A DNA stretch of 64,000 bases from Eledone cirrhosa. Taxonomy: Eukaryota. This document shows positions 52,091 through 64,000 of this stretch, piece by piece. The translations under genes were made by a program, and so were the position numbers. The stretch's first letter is position 1, and each line of letters starts with the position of its first letter. The stretch covers positions 116,188,001 through 116,252,000 of the forward strand of contig OZ024745.1 of assembly GCA_964016885.1 (NCBI GenBank), written 5' to 3'. The notes beneath the pieces were generated by a model, which had not been told where the DNA came from, made no database searches, and was given only the letters and a program-made list of their open reading frames with translations.

Positions 52091-54345
52091 TAGAAGAAGT
52101 GCCCGGCGTTGTTCTGTGTTTAATTGCTTTAAAGTACTCTTAATGATTCCACTCAATTATGATTATTGAGGCAAAGATTGATATAGGTTCCCGCCCAACC
52201 AATCGATTTGCAACGGGATAGAAAACACTACAAAGGACTTTGCAACACCTCAGAAGGGGGTAACAATTGAATGTGAGGTGGCCCTAAAAAGGGCCGTGTC
52301 ATCGTTCTCACATTGGTAACAATTTGGTAGGAAGTCCTGGAAAGGGGTGTAAAACAAACGTTTTACACCCATTCCAGGTGAATAGGGCCTCTATCCTCTT
52401 CCACCAACGGCAGCGGACGTGCTGTCCCGAAATTTCATGCTCTGTGAAAACAGATTGGATGCCATATGGGGGAAAGAGGGGAATAAGCATGGGTAAGTAA
52501 ATACGGGTAAGTTTGAAAATATACAACAATAGCATCTACTCACCATATGTCAGAACGGCAAGACTATAGTGGTGCTGAATAGAGGAGTCACAACACCTGT
52601 CTGTAGACCACATTTTTTGTTCTGCCTTTGGGCGCAAGTATGAATAAGTTCTGCTTGCATCGGACTCTTAAGCATGCGACGTATAATTGGCCGTGTGAGA
52701 AGCACGGCTGGCCTAAATGGAGGCATCCCGTTGTTAGCGTTTGGCCTTGGGACTTGTTGATTGACATCGCGAAGCAAAGTTTAAACGGAGAATTGAAGTC
52801 GGCGCAGAGTACAGGGGCATTCCGTACCTGATGGAGTTAATTGTATTCTGGGTATAAAGACATTTTCTCCAGCGCCGCAGCCCGTGAGAATTGTAGTTTC
52901 AATTGCATGCGGCAGGAGGTTTCTTACCACTAACCGTGTTCCGTTGCAGAGACTCGGTGGTTTCAGGTTCCTCAACAGCATCACTGGAGCCCCAACTTTG
53001 AGAAGAGATCCGGTCTGCCGTGTAGACGCACGTAAGTCATAGCATCCTGTGTGCGTTCACTCATGTATCGGGGACTCCCAGTAAACGTCGACGGAAGAAT
53101 ACAATGTTTTCCAAGGTTCTCGGGATCAACATCATTCCTTACTCCATCCCGTAAGTGAATGTAGCTGTCCGAACGAAGGTGTGCTTGATTTTTCCTTATA
53201 TAGCAGATTCCATCTTTGCGCACGCGTCTACAGCAAGTTCGTTGAAGAGTGCTCTTGCACGGTGGAGGTGGTTAAAGCAGCCTTCGCGGACCATGAATTG
53301 GTAGGCGTAGAATTGCATACAGGAAACAGTTTTGTTGCTGTTGCACAAACGAATTCCAAAGTGGTATCCGTCGTCACCGAATGGGAAAAGAAGGGCGTAT
53401 TGGAATGCGTCGTAGGACCCATGCGTCTCGCTGATCCTTTGCAGAGTGTTGTCCCTACACTAAAGTATGATGTCCCGCTTGTTCTACTGTTCACCATAAA
53501 GAAACACAGCTATTTCATTGCACATGGGAGCGTTAAAACGGCCGGCGTGGGTGCCTGGTGGTTTCCTGTCAGCTTCGATTATAACAGCAACATTTGGCGC
53601 CGGAGCGGCCTCCATGCGCATTTAAAACTGCGATTGTAGTTGTTGTTTTCGTGCAGCATTCTCTGAAGTTCCAACAGAATTTTCATGTCTGTGCCAGGCG
53701 AAATTAAAGCGCGTCGTTCCACTTTGTCCAAATAGTCGGGGACAAAGTATAGCTGTAGTAACTGGGGCTCTCCGTCTGTCCTAGGCAGGAGCGAACCGAT
53801 CCTGTGGTAAATTTGGCCTTGAACTTTAAAGGTAGGCACGAAATGTTCTCCCGTATGATGTTAGCTCCGAAAGAGGTCATTTGGAAGACAGCGTTGTATC
53901 TCCTGGAACATTGAAGGAAGTGTTCCGACTCCGCTGTGGCACCGGTCAGAAGAGACTTCAAAGGTTGTGGTGGTTCCTGTAGAGGAGGCAGTTTCACTTT
54001 GCCGTCAGAGCAGCACACCCGTGAAGTTTCCCTAGGCTATTTTTTTGCCCGGCAAGATTGGCAAATGACAGACATGGATCCAATCTTTATAATTTTACAC
54101 CATCTTAAAGGCTTCTTTCAATACCACGATGTAAAACACAAGGACACCTATTATTTAACCATAATTGCAATTGCCTGTATCACTGTATACAACATAACAC
54201 TTTCTGACTCTCAACCTAGCATAGGTTCCACAGCATGAATATCTCATGAGAGTTCTCACTCCTACTCAACAGTCAGTGTAATTAGAAACCATAGGAACCA
54301 GCTCACTCTGTCAGAGTCGCTACTTTCTTTATTACTATATATATA
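52090..54345 (-). mobile_element. Helitron, internally deleted (Rep N-terminal region fused to Pif1 helicase C-terminus)
   Basis: CCSDGKVKLP, RRYNAVFQMTSFGA, FKVQGQIYHRIGSLLP, ILPSTFTGSPRYM..QDAMTYVR..GRPDLF; VMLLRNL..LCNGTRLVV, FIPRI, RRLQF, FAMSINKSQGQT, FSHGQLYVAC; 3' end caacgccgggcacttcttCTAG followed by T. Confidence 0.93.
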
Positions 54346-54406
54346 TATATTGCAATACAGTTTCTCCCTCTACCTTAGCCACTGCTTACAATATTACTGT
54401 ATATAG

Positions 54407-54631
54407 CAGGCATGTCATACATGCGGCCCACGGGCCACATGCGACCCTTTACAAGCACATTTGCGGTCCGCGCAAAGTGTTTTACAGCCCGAGCATGTTT
54501 TATCTTCGTAATATGAAATATAAAAAAAAACAATTAGTTGTAATGTGCGCAATTATTTGTCGTGTGTGGCCCTGAGACAACATACATGTGACCCATGAGG
54601 CCCTCGGGGGACCCTCAGTTTGACATGCCTT
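54407..54631. mobile_element. hAT MITE
   Basis: TIR caggcatgtcatac / gtttgacatgcctt; near-TSD gtatatag / gtatatat; gcggcc..cgggccac subterminal motif. Confidence 0.8.
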
Positions 54632-54647
54632 GTATATATCATATCGT

Positions 54648-55713
54648 TTTAACCGCTACTTTATATATATAGCATTAGAGACTGTTTACTCCGTCTTAAC
54701 CGCTACTTTATATATATAGCATTAGAACATGTTTACTCCGTCTTAACCGCTACTTTATATATATAGCATTAGAACATGTTTACTCCGTCTTAACCGCTAC
54801 TTTATATATATAGCATTAGAGACTGTTTACTCCGTCTTAACCGCTACTTTATATATATAGCATTAGAGACTGTTTACTCCGTCTTAACCGCTACTTTATA
54901 TATATAGCATTAGAGACTGTTTACTCCGTCTTAACCGCTACTTTATATATATAGCATTAGAGACTGTTTACTCCGTCTTAACCGCTACTTTATATATATA
55001 GCATTAGAGACTGTTTACTCCGTCTTAACCGCTACTTTATATATATAGCATTAGAGCCTGTTTACTCCGTCTTAACCGCTACTTTATATATATAGCATTA
55101 GAACATGTTTACTCCGTCTTAACCGCTACTTTATATATATAGCATTAGAACATGTTTACTCCGTCTTAACCGCTACTTTATATATATAGCATTAGAGACT
55201 GTTTACTCCGTCTTAACCGCTACTTTATATATATAGCATTAGAACATGTTTACTCCGTCTTAACCGCTACTTTATATATATAGCATTAGAACATGTTTAC
55301 TCCGTCTTAACCGCTACTTTATATATATAGCATTAGAGACTGTTTACTCCGTCTTAACCGCTACTTTATATATATAGCATTAGAGACTGTTTACTTCGTC
55401 TTAACCGCTACTTTATATATATAGCATTAGATCCTGTTTACTCCATCTTAACCGCTACTTTATATATATAGCATTAGAGTCTGTTTACTCCGTCTTAACC
55501 GCTACTTTATATATATAGCATTAGAGACTGTTTACTCCGTCTTAACCGCTACTTTATATATATAGCATTAGAGACTGTTTACTCCGTCTTAACCGCTACT
55601 TTATATATATAGCATTAGAGACTGTTTACTCCGTCTTAACCGCTACTTTATATATATAGCATTAGAGACTGTTTACTCCGTCTTAACCGCTACTTTATAT
55701 ATATATATATAGC
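54648..55713. repeat. 47-bp minisatellite, about 22 near-identical copies
   Basis: Unit gtcttaaccgctactttatatatatagcattagagactgtttactcc; variant with aacat in place of agact. Confidence 0.98.
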
Positions 55714-55968
55714 AACTGTCTCACCTAAACTTATTGTTAATTTCAGCAAGATATCCTTTGCTAATTTGTAATTGAAGCAGCATTTATTATTATGTTTAGA
55801 CAATATGTTACAGATAAAATAACCCTGAAAGTCTTTAAATCCTTACAAAAGTATAAGTTTGAATTAACAACATTTATGACACTAAACTGTCATTCCACAT
55901 CAATATCTAAATGTGGTTGATTGTTAAATTAGTAAACTTTTTTAACTGATTTTCTCTGACAGAATCTT

Positions 55969-56230
55969 TAAAGTATGTCTTAAGCCAGAAGGCTCGTTAG
56001 GCCGCTGCTGATACTGGTTTCAAGGCGTGAAGCGACTGAGAGTACAAGTTTCCCAGTATAGGACGCCAGTCGATCACAGGGTTAGCCCCCCAGCTATTGC
56101 TGAGTATACTGGAGCAACGTGAAATGAAGTGTTTTGCTCAAGAACAAACACGAAACCCAGACCAGGAAATGAACTCACGACACTATGATCGTAACTCCAA
56201 CACCATTACCACTAGGCTACGCGCCTCCAC
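55969..56230 (-). mobile_element. SINE family B (tail type iii)
   Basis: Homologous to 12232-12567. Confidence 0.8.
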
Positions 56231-56438
56231 AAGAAACTCCATCCAAAATAAATTCATTTTAAATTGAATTTCTCTTTAAACGTTACCTCAGAGTACATTC
56301 CTTAGCTGCTTGCAATGAAAGTTTAATTTAGATAGTGCTTCTTCAATGTCATAAGGAATATTCTGCATTGCCTTGCGGGTTTATAGGTTTGTTACGTATC
56401 AAAATATTTCAAAGATTTTAAAACCTTGAAAGTTACTA

Positions 56439-56560
56439 CCGCATTTACCATGCGTCCTGGAGGCCAAAGGTTGTTTATTTTTTTTGTTTTTCAAATTTAT
56501 GATTGTCAAATTTTGAGTGCGTCCTCGAGGACGAAGCGTCTTATGTGCTGGGAAATACAG
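56439..56560. mobile_element. Possible pogo/Tigger-like MITE remnant
   Basis: ta-ccgcatttacc ... gcgtcttatgtgctgggaaatacag resembles CCGTATTTCC-type TIRs. Confidence 0.4.
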
Positions 56561-56776
56561 TTATAGACGCTGGTTAATTTGCTGCAGAAGCTAGATGAGT
56601 AATATGATGTATTTTTCACTATTGCATTTTCTGTTATTTGAGGAATTCTACTTTGATATAGTTTATTCTGAAAACTATAAACGGAGTAGTGTTTGAGTGA
56701 CTACAACTTCCGGAAGACAGTTGCTTTGTTTAGATTTTTCCTGGTAAAAAATTTGAACCACGAGTATCTATAAAAT

Positions 56777-57016
56777 ATTTCGTAAACTTGTAGGAAGCCC
56801 GAATGCGGGTATAGCTGTAAAACAACCGGATGTTACGATTTTCATCTCCCTCTCTCTCTGCCTCCTAATATTTTTCTTTCTCTCTCTCTTCTGCTCTTGG
56901 CATACTTCCGTTCATTAAGAGGTTTTATTTAACCCGACTCTTTGCTATAATAATCGGAACAACCGGTTATTTTACAGCTACTTCCGGGTTCGTGATTCCT
57001 ACAATTATACGAAATA
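56777..57016. repeat. Diverged inverted repeat (about 65 bp)
   Basis: tatttcgtaaacttgtaggaa..tagctgtaaaacaaccggatgtt vs aacaaccggttattttacagcta..ttcctacaattatacgaaata. Confidence 0.75.
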
Positions 57017-57754
57017 GTTACCTACTCAACGCTCCATTCGTTTCATATCATGTTGTTAAGATATATATAATGAGCAATTTTTGTTTTCTATGATGGAGGA
57101 AAAACTGTGCCAGAGAGAGGTAACTCCTTAACTGTTTATTTATTTCTCTCTCGCCTCTCTTCTCCCCTACTGCCACCTTAGCTGCTACTTCTGCTATCAT
57201 CTCGCCTTATGCTACTGCCTCTTTTTTCTCGTCCTCTATCTCTCTCCCATCTCTCATCATAAACTATACACACTATTCCTGTAATTCTTTCTTTCTCTAC
57301 TAACTTGTTCTTCTTTCTCTTCCTGTCCCACTCACTTTTATTCTTTGACCGTTCTTTCGTTCATTAAGAGATATTGTTCAAGCCGACACTTTGCTATGGT
57401 CATAGTAGCAGCAGGCTGTTTTACATGTATCTGACAAATATTATTGATCAATCAACAACTTAGATGGCTCAGGTATCTGAGCCTAAAAGCTATTAGCTCT
57501 CCCAAAGAAAAAGAAAAAAACTGCTTTCGTAATTACACATAGAATACACAAATGCACCTTTAAAGAATATATATTTCTGACTATGCAATATAGTTCATCC
57601 CACTGTCCACAAATTCCCGTAGCAACAACTTCGATTGAATGCCATCTAGACTAGACAAACTTAGTGTAATCGTCCGCTATTTATTGAAATAAATAATTGT
57701 CTATAATTTGGTTGGTAAACACAAGAATATGAAAAACAATGGTATGATTCGCTA

Positions 57755-57851
57755 ATAATTGTTTCTCCTTTTGGCACAAAGCCAGCAATTAATCCAGTGT
57801 ATTACTAGCGCTTTATTTTATCGACCCCGTAAGAACGAAAAGCAAAGTTAA
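57755..57851 (-). mobile_element. 5'-truncated SINE family A
   Basis: Tail and core match. Confidence 0.75.
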
Positions 57852-58069
57852 TAATTTCATTCAAATGCGATGAGTTGTGAGCAGCAGAGAGTACTAGCAA
57901 TAGGAATGACAGATGGATATTTTTCACGATTTTCTAAAATATTATTTATAACAATCGACTCTGGTTCCGGTTATATTCTGTTTGAGGTGCCTCCATTCTC
58001 TAAGAATTCCAAAACTACCAAACGCACCCAGAGTTTATATTATATATATATATATATGGATATATATAC

Positions 58070-58172
<103 letters not shown>

Positions 58173-58257
58173 GTGTGTGTGTGGGGGAGGGGTGTATCCA
58201 GGGTTCAATCGGGGGTAACCAAAGTAAGTAAGGTACACAATACATAGCAGAATATAA

Positions 58258-58313
58258 ATGGCTTTCCTGATGATATCATTCGAATGAAACAGTTCTAGTC
58301 CTGTAGAAGCCAT
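58258..58313 (+). ncRNA. Hammerhead ribozyme motif, homologous to 14301-14351
   Basis: atggctttc-CTGATGA-tatcattcgaat-GAAA-cag ttctagtc ctg-TA-gaagccat, in a 150-bp island between (TA)n tracts. Confidence 0.7.
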
Positions 58314-58321
58314 TTCATTAT

Positions 58322-58384
<63 letters not shown>

Positions 58385-58399
58385 CATAAGATGTACAGA

Positions 58400-59190
58400 G
58401 GGTACTTTCAGAAACATGACAACAACATACATAGGCGAGACAGCTTGTAGCATAGGTGAAAGGATAGACCAACACTGGGTGAACTAAAAGGACAAAAAAA
58501 CGGTTCAGTACTATACGAACATGCCAGACAACAACACGACGGTAACATAGACAACAGAGAAATTAGAATAATATCTAAACATAGAAATGACCCAGCAGAT
58601 AGGCAAATCAGAGAGGCGATGAAATAGAACTTAGAAGGCCAAGGCTAAACAGAAAAAATGAATGGAATAACAACAACACCCAAACAAACAACACTGACCT
58701 AAGAGAAGTATAAATAAATAAATAAATAGATGAATAAATAAATACAAACACAAGCACATATAAAGATAAATACATTAACCAATACACAGTCACCCAAATA
58801 CGAACACACATCAAACAAAACACTATACACACACGCAAACGATTGCGCAAAGAAGACAAAAAAAAAACAAATAAATAAATATATAAACAGACTAAATAAA
58901 GATGGCGTAGACATACAATGCAACGGGAGGAAACAATAGCACCAATGACGATGTTGCAGATGTGCAACGAAAGAACTTTGATAGACTATATATATGTGTT
59001 TGTGTCTATATTATAACTGTATTTTTGACCGTTGGTCAGTCGATGGCAACATTGAAGACCGAATAAATTAAATTAACCGATATAAAAGACACAGAAGCGA
59101 AAAGCGAAAACCAACCAAACAGTGAGTGTGTTCTGTTATTAATTCTGGCAATATTACACAAATATGACCCTCCCCAAGTATAACAATATT
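58400..59190 (+). mobile_element. Penelope-like element 3' end (GIY-YIG, AC-rich UTR, pLTR)
   Basis: [60 protein letters not shown]. Confidence 0.8.
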
Positions 59191-59210
59191 TACTTATATA
59201 TATATATATA

Positions 59211-59383
59211 CTTTTGGCACAAGGCCAGCAATTATCCCAGTGTATTACTGGTACTTTATTTTATCGACTCCGTAAGGACGAAAGGCAAAGTTAACTTCGG
59301 TGGGATTTGAACTCAGACTATAAAGGGCCGTAATTCTCTGTGGCAAAGCATGGCGTCCGACCCTTTACCGATACCGCCAATCC
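59211..59383 (-). mobile_element. SINE family A
   Basis: Core and head match. Confidence 0.85.
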
Positions 59384-59464
59384 AGGGGCTGTGTTGTTGC
59401 TGGATAAAGTGTATTTATAAATAAGAGGAAAGTACGAATGTGGGATAATTTTCCTGGAGCAGTT

Positions 59465-60018
59465 ACTGCTGGAGATCACGGCTATTTCTACGCATTAAAG
59501 ACATATATGTCTAGATCCAGTGCGTCAATAACTAAAGGAAGCTATGAGAGAAAAAAAGGAGAGAGAGAAAAAATATATAACAGAAGGGAAAAAGGAAGAA
59601 TAAACGGGAAAACGACGGAAAAAAACGGAAAACAACATACCGTAGAGGGGAACACGAAAGCACATGTGTGTGAGCAACCGAAGAAAGAGAAAAAACTTAA
59701 AGTCAACATCAGCTACTGGACTTAAGACCGAGGCTGTGTGGACGTGAAACAAACAGGTCTGACCTCCGCAAGAGTAAGTGAAAAAGAAACAGGCGAGGGA
59801 AACAGCAGAAGCAGCGGTGTAGCTAGCATAGAGAGGGAGAAAGGGAGAGAAAGAAAGAAAGGGGAAGTGTTAATAACATCAAAGTAGATAGGCAGAAACA
59901 GAGAACCGGTCACAGCAAAACATGATAAAAAATATTTTCTCAACAACAACTTATTGTTGACGCACTGGAGCGAGATACATTTTCTGTAATGCATAGACAT
60001 GTCTGTGATCTCCAGCAG
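59465..60018. repeat. Diverged inverted repeat (about 65 bp) around a purine-rich spacer
   Basis: ctgctggagatcac...tccagtgcgtcaa at 59465-59530 (+) and 59955-60018 (-). Confidence 0.7.
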
Positions 60019-60070
60019 ACAACCGATGAACGGATATTATCCCCCGTTCGTGCTTTCTTCTTATTTATAA

Positions 60071-60157
<87 letters not shown>

Positions 60158-60160
<3 letters not shown>

Positions 60161-60930
60161 GTAGAACACTGGGAGGTAATATCCGTAGTATTAGAGTACT
60201 CAGGCCATGGGACGAGTTTGGTAGAAGTAGTAACACAACAGTTAGTTCACCATACCGAGAACAAATGTTTCACCTTAGCGGATCTTGAGCTCGGACTGGT
60301 AATGGTTATATGAACAGGAAAAGGAGAAACGACCGTATGAACGCGTATCCGCAGAAATGTTCACTTCACCCAAGTGATAAAAAAAACCACGGGCGAAAGG
60401 TGTAAGGGAGGTAACTGCGAATGTCGGGAATAAATTGTTCTAGTTGATTAGAATATAGGAATGTTGCTGTTATTCAATCCGAAGCTTTGTAGTTATTCAA
60501 GAGGTGTTTCCAGACGTGTGGACAACGTGAGAAGATTTCATTCTTGAATTTAGGCAATCGCTATTGCGTAATCTCCTAAAAATATTTATTTTTTCTTCAA
60601 TACACAGTCCACAAGACGGATTGCCCCATGCGTGTGGCTCGGACTTAGTGATAGCTTTCCATTGAAAGGAGTAGTCTATACCTGAGTCTTTGAGGAACCA
60701 TACGTGGCTCGCAAGCTTCGTGGATGATAGTTTGTCGTGGTACCTAAAGGTCGACTGATGGTTCAGAAAGCGTTCCTTAAACCGGCCCTCCGCCATATCC
60801 ACATAGGATTTGACCTGTTGTGGCTGATTCGGTCGGTTGGCAGTGTCCACAGCTTCATAAACTACAGCGGGTGTGTTGCATTGCTGTTGAAGCGGACAAG
60901 CTTTATGCTTTCGGCAGGATGCTCTTGCAA
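60158..60930 (-). mobile_element. Penelope-like element 3' end: GIY-YIG ORF remnant plus pLTR with decayed HHR (60255-60294)
   Basis: CRKHKACPLQQQC..VVYEA..SYVDMAEGRFKERFLNHQSTFR..STKLASHVW..CGLCIEEK..CLNSR; downstream ccgag-CTCAAGA-tccgctaaggt-GAAA-catttg-TT-ctcgg; ends at (TA)n. Confidence 0.88.
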
Positions 60931-61002
60931 TAACACAGAAGAAAATGTAATAAGACAACAACGTTAGATAGAATGTGATCAGGGCTAGAAGGCTTTGTTA
61001 AA

Positions 61003-61917
61003 CACTATGTAACAAGAATGTTGCTTTTTTTCTAACGTTGGTCAATAAGTGCTATTTCCTGCTTTATCCTGTCGAGGAAACTGTTGTGACTTCGACAGTT
61101 ACTGGTTGATCTCCGAAAGATATTGTTCCCACCACTTCACTTAAAATTGGGCCTAATGAAACAGTCTGTCACACCTCTAGATAAGGTGTCGGCAACCTTC
61201 AAGTACCTTCGATATTTCTTCCCGAAGCTGTCTGAGGCAAATGTGAAAGCCTGTGTCTTTGTTGAACCTCAAATAAGGAGGATCCTGCAGTGCAAGGAAT
61301 TCCTCCAAGAAGCTCACTAAAACAGAAGAGGCAACATTTAACAGCTTTGTTGCAGTGGTTTGGAGCTTAGTGGGGAACCACAAGGCCTAAAATTAGTGGC
61401 GCTTGTTGAGATTTTGTTGTAGAACGTTGGCAAAATGGGTTGCAGGATGTGCCTCAAAGTAAATATCGTTGACGCTGATCTTGTTAAGTTCAAGGGTAAC
61501 ATGGGAACATACTCTGAGGAGCAAGGCGACTGTTTTCACCAAGATATACTTGATTTTGAACGTCGCTACCAATGATCATATATTGAAGACAGGATGGGAG
61601 ACTATATATGGGGTGATTCGTAGAAGCAATTTGCGTAAACCCCGAAAATCCACTCAATTCTACGTTTTTTAAAAATAATCCTATAATAAATAAATGCTAC
61701 TTTTTGAATCGTATTTCATTCTATTCCAACTTTGCCTTAACGAGAATGATCATATTTGACAGTAGTCCCAGTGGGATTAGGTAAATATAGAAATATCATT
61801 ATCATGGCCATAAAAGCAAAGCTTTAAGGAAATATTAGCCATTTTTCATACTTTCTACTCATAAGCAAATAGAAAATCATAGCTGCTATTAAAGAACAAA
61901 AGTCGTGTTTCACAGTG
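61003..61917 (+). mobile_element. Chapaev3-like (CMC) DNA transposon, internally deleted
   Basis: FPPLHLKLGLMKQ..FPKLSEANVK..GNHKA..MGCRM..YSEEQGDCFHQDILDFERRYQ; imperfect TIRs cactatgtaacaagaat / gtcgtgtttcacagtg followed by taa. Confidence 0.75.
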
Positions 61918-63447
61918 TAATTGGTCTGCTCGATAAATCTTGACTAATAATGACTACACAATAACAACACCGTTTCACAGTTAATTCTGTACAACTACGA
62001 GTGAGAATGTAGAAAATAACATATAAGTTCTTAGAGCTTAGAACAACATACCCCGGGTACTCGTTTCAAATGTGTCAAATACTACCGAGGACAAATCTGC
62101 CTTTCAGAGTCGATAAAATAACACACCAAAGGTGGTGAATTCTCCGAATAATAAGTGTCTCAACTGAAATCGCAAGTGGTATTTGTACCGGTTCCTGGCG
62201 TTCTGAGTTAAAATTTTGCAGTACCTTACTTCGGTGCTAGAATTTATATGTCGGTTGGTTTAACGTAATTGCCTAGATTTTCGTTGCTGTTAGCATATTC
62301 CATTCTCTTAAAAGCATTTTATTCAGGTCCTGGTTTAAACATAGATTTCTTTCTTGCTCCAACCATTCTCAGAAAACCTTAAATTTTCTTAAGTACTCCT
62401 ATGAAACAGTAAACATTGATACACTATTCTACATTTACTGAATCACTATCTCTATATAACAACTCTTGTACAGTATAGCAATATACAATTTCACTTTCGT
62501 TAAACCCCAATATCCATTTTAACACGGCATACATAATATTCCCACGAAACTACGACTGCCAATATTTTATGTAGAACAATTGTCTCACACAGGCACATGT
62601 AGACAAACATTGTTTTAAGCACATACATACAAAAGTAAAGATATATACACAACAGAATATTTCATTTCTATCACACGTACTCATATTATCAAAATATACC
62701 TTCATCAGAATCTCTTATAGTAAAGGAATACCATTGTTTACAAGCCTTATAAAAATCACCCTTATTTTATAACTACATTATAGAACATATCATCGTCTTT
62801 GGTAAACATACTCCGCCGCGCGTGTTTATAAATATAATATACATGAACGCTGTTTAACTATAATTCTTTAAAGAAAATTGTTACAATCACAGTCACTGCT
62901 ACATAACCCATGGATCTCAAATTCAAGGACTCAAATGGATGATTACGCCCTGGGAGAAGGGCCTAAAATGAGAGTGGGAACGACGTAATTTCCACCAGCT
63001 ATAATTTGAATCTGCAATACAGCTGATAAGATGCTATTTATTTTTTGCAAATTATTGTAAATGGGACATGTGAAATAGTACTAAGTGTAGGGAGACTAAT
63101 TTTATGTTTCAAAGTTTACTTAATTCCGATATACCTTTTGTAAATTCCCTGGGGTGAAACATTGTCAGGCCCTGCTTGATCTTAGAATTGATTATCTGTT
63201 TGCATTAGGTTGGCAGGTGAAGATTAATATTATTGCTGCTGCTGCGAGTGTGTGACAGAAGCAAGGGACAAAATACCAAGATTTAATAAAACATTAGTCA
63301 TGAAAATTGTTCTTCCACGAGCCATGGAGAAGTAGTTTGTAAGACTCTTGCAGCCTCTGGGGGTTGCGTGTTTGAGACCTCTGACTTAACCATGGTACCC
63401 AGAATATGCAGTTAGTAACGTCTTTTCTCATTTCTTTCTTTTAAATC

Positions 63448-63735
63448 CGTAACTCCTAGAGTAGCAGGGGCGCCGCAGTGGTTTTACAGCGTTTTTTGGT
63501 CGGTTTTACAGCCTGTGGACCCATCTCCTCTCCTGGTCTGCTCACAGAACTGAGAAAGAGATACAGAGGAAGAATCGATTCCAGTACTAGACTGATACAT
63601 TTTTTATCAACCCTGAAATGATGAAAGGCAAAGTTGACTTCAATGTATTTTGAATTCAGAGAGCAGAGAACTGGAACAAATATCGCAAAACCTTTTATCC
63701 GACGTTTTAACGACCCTGTAACTTTGCCCACCTCC
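63448..63735 (-). mobile_element. Older SINE, same family as 37015-37340
   Basis: Shared gtaactcct..ggggcgcc..ccatc..ggtctg tail and gatgaaaggcaaag core. Confidence 0.7.
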
Positions 63736-64000
63736 ATATCTAATATTTAATACAAATATATGATGAAATATATCAGAAACAAGCAAATCATATCTCAGTT
63801 TACATTCTCATATTCTCTCAATACCTCCTATATAATTTCCATCTCGGTTACACTTAATTATAATTGTACATTAAAATTAATTAAAATGTTCTCTCTCCCC
63901 CTCTCTCTTACTGTCTCTCTCTCACCCTCTCTTCTCTCTTTCTCTCTTCCCTTTCTTTGTCGTTCTCCTCCTCTCCCCCTCCCCCAATATACACTCATAC

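Noticed and set aside
54648-55713. CRISPR-like 47-bp array
   Set aside because: No spacers; only two recurring 5-bp variants.

Overview
AT-rich, microsatellite-dense eukaryotic DNA with no convincing host protein-coding exon. The tRNA-headed SINE sequences resemble those I know from octopod cephalopods (inference, not searched). Almost all recognisable sequence is decayed mobile DNA: RTE, CRE and Tx1/L1 LINE fragments, four Penelope-like (PLE) GIY-YIG remnants, the 3' half of a Gypsy element, a lone LTR with a primer-binding site, an internally deleted Helitron, a Chapaev3-like transposon, hAT and Tc1/pogo MITEs, over 20 SINE copies and two large minisatellites. Two features stand out. First, about 11 hammerhead-ribozyme (HHR) motifs sit in short PLE pseudo-LTR-like modules, many at (TA)n tracts, and their stems covary between copies. 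Second, about 12 fold-back inverted duplications occur in 64 kb, several carrying these ribozymes; one has a complete HHR core on each strand. All calls were made by eye; boundaries are approximate unless termini or TSDs are quoted.
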